The position numbers and the translations under genes were made by a program. This document shows, piece by piece, positions 23,407 to 24,000 of a stretch of DNA of 24,000 nucleotides; positions within the stretch are counted from its first letter, which is position 1; every line of letters starts with the position of its first letter. This DNA is from an uncultured Tolumonas sp. Its GTDB lineage: Bacteria > Pseudomonadota > Gammaproteobacteria > Enterobacterales > Aeromonadaceae. Location: positions 2,816,388 to 2,840,387 of the forward strand of contig OY782757.1 of NCBI GenBank assembly GCA_963678185.1. Direction: 5' to 3'. Below the pieces are notes generated by a model. That model was not told the origin of the DNA and searched no databases. It was given only the letters and a program-made list of their open reading frames with translations.

Positions 23407-24000
<594 letters not shown>

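Overview
The window looks like core chromosome from a gammaproteobacterium. By eye, the partial 16S rRNA at the 3' end resembles Aeromonadales (Aeromonas/Tolumonas-like), but this needs a database search. Gene content, left to right: fruK (5' part only, its 3' end lies off the window) and fruB on the minus strand; a divergent cra/fruR with three Cra-type operators between them; an orphan RpiB/LacA-family isomerase; a MATE efflux pump; a minus-strand block of macA-macB-OMF lipoprotein (tripartite ABC efflux), eamA-like DMT exporter and modE-modB-modC (no modA); a LuxR-family solo regulator; then a plus-strand block of glmU, a DeoR-family regulator, glmS and a PAS-GGDEF(degenerate)-EAL protein; a convergent Cof/HAD phosphatase; uppP; and the tandem promoters, boxA and first ~590 nt of an rrn operon. 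I see no transposase, integrase, phage genes, CRISPR array, toxin-antitoxin pair or defence-like genes. I cannot honestly point to a new multi-gene system. The signals the gene calls do not explain are non-coding or sub-genic: (1) an 87-bp junction-like palindromic element in the deoR-glmS spacer, with two GGGA-loop hairpins, one matching the CsrA SELEX consensus exactly, plus a third GGA in the glmS Shine-Dalgarno; (2) a 128-bp ERIC/IRU-like imperfect palindrome between modC and eamA; (3) a 21-residue uninterrupted poly-Ser insertion in MacA that uses all six Ser codons; (4) a LuxR solo next to a perfect 18-bp palindrome; (5) a mod operon with modE in the position usually held by modA; (6) an orphan LacA-like isomerase apparently lacking the RpiB catalytic Cys. 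All family assignments come from reading the translations and comparing them with remembered reference sequences. No searches were run.
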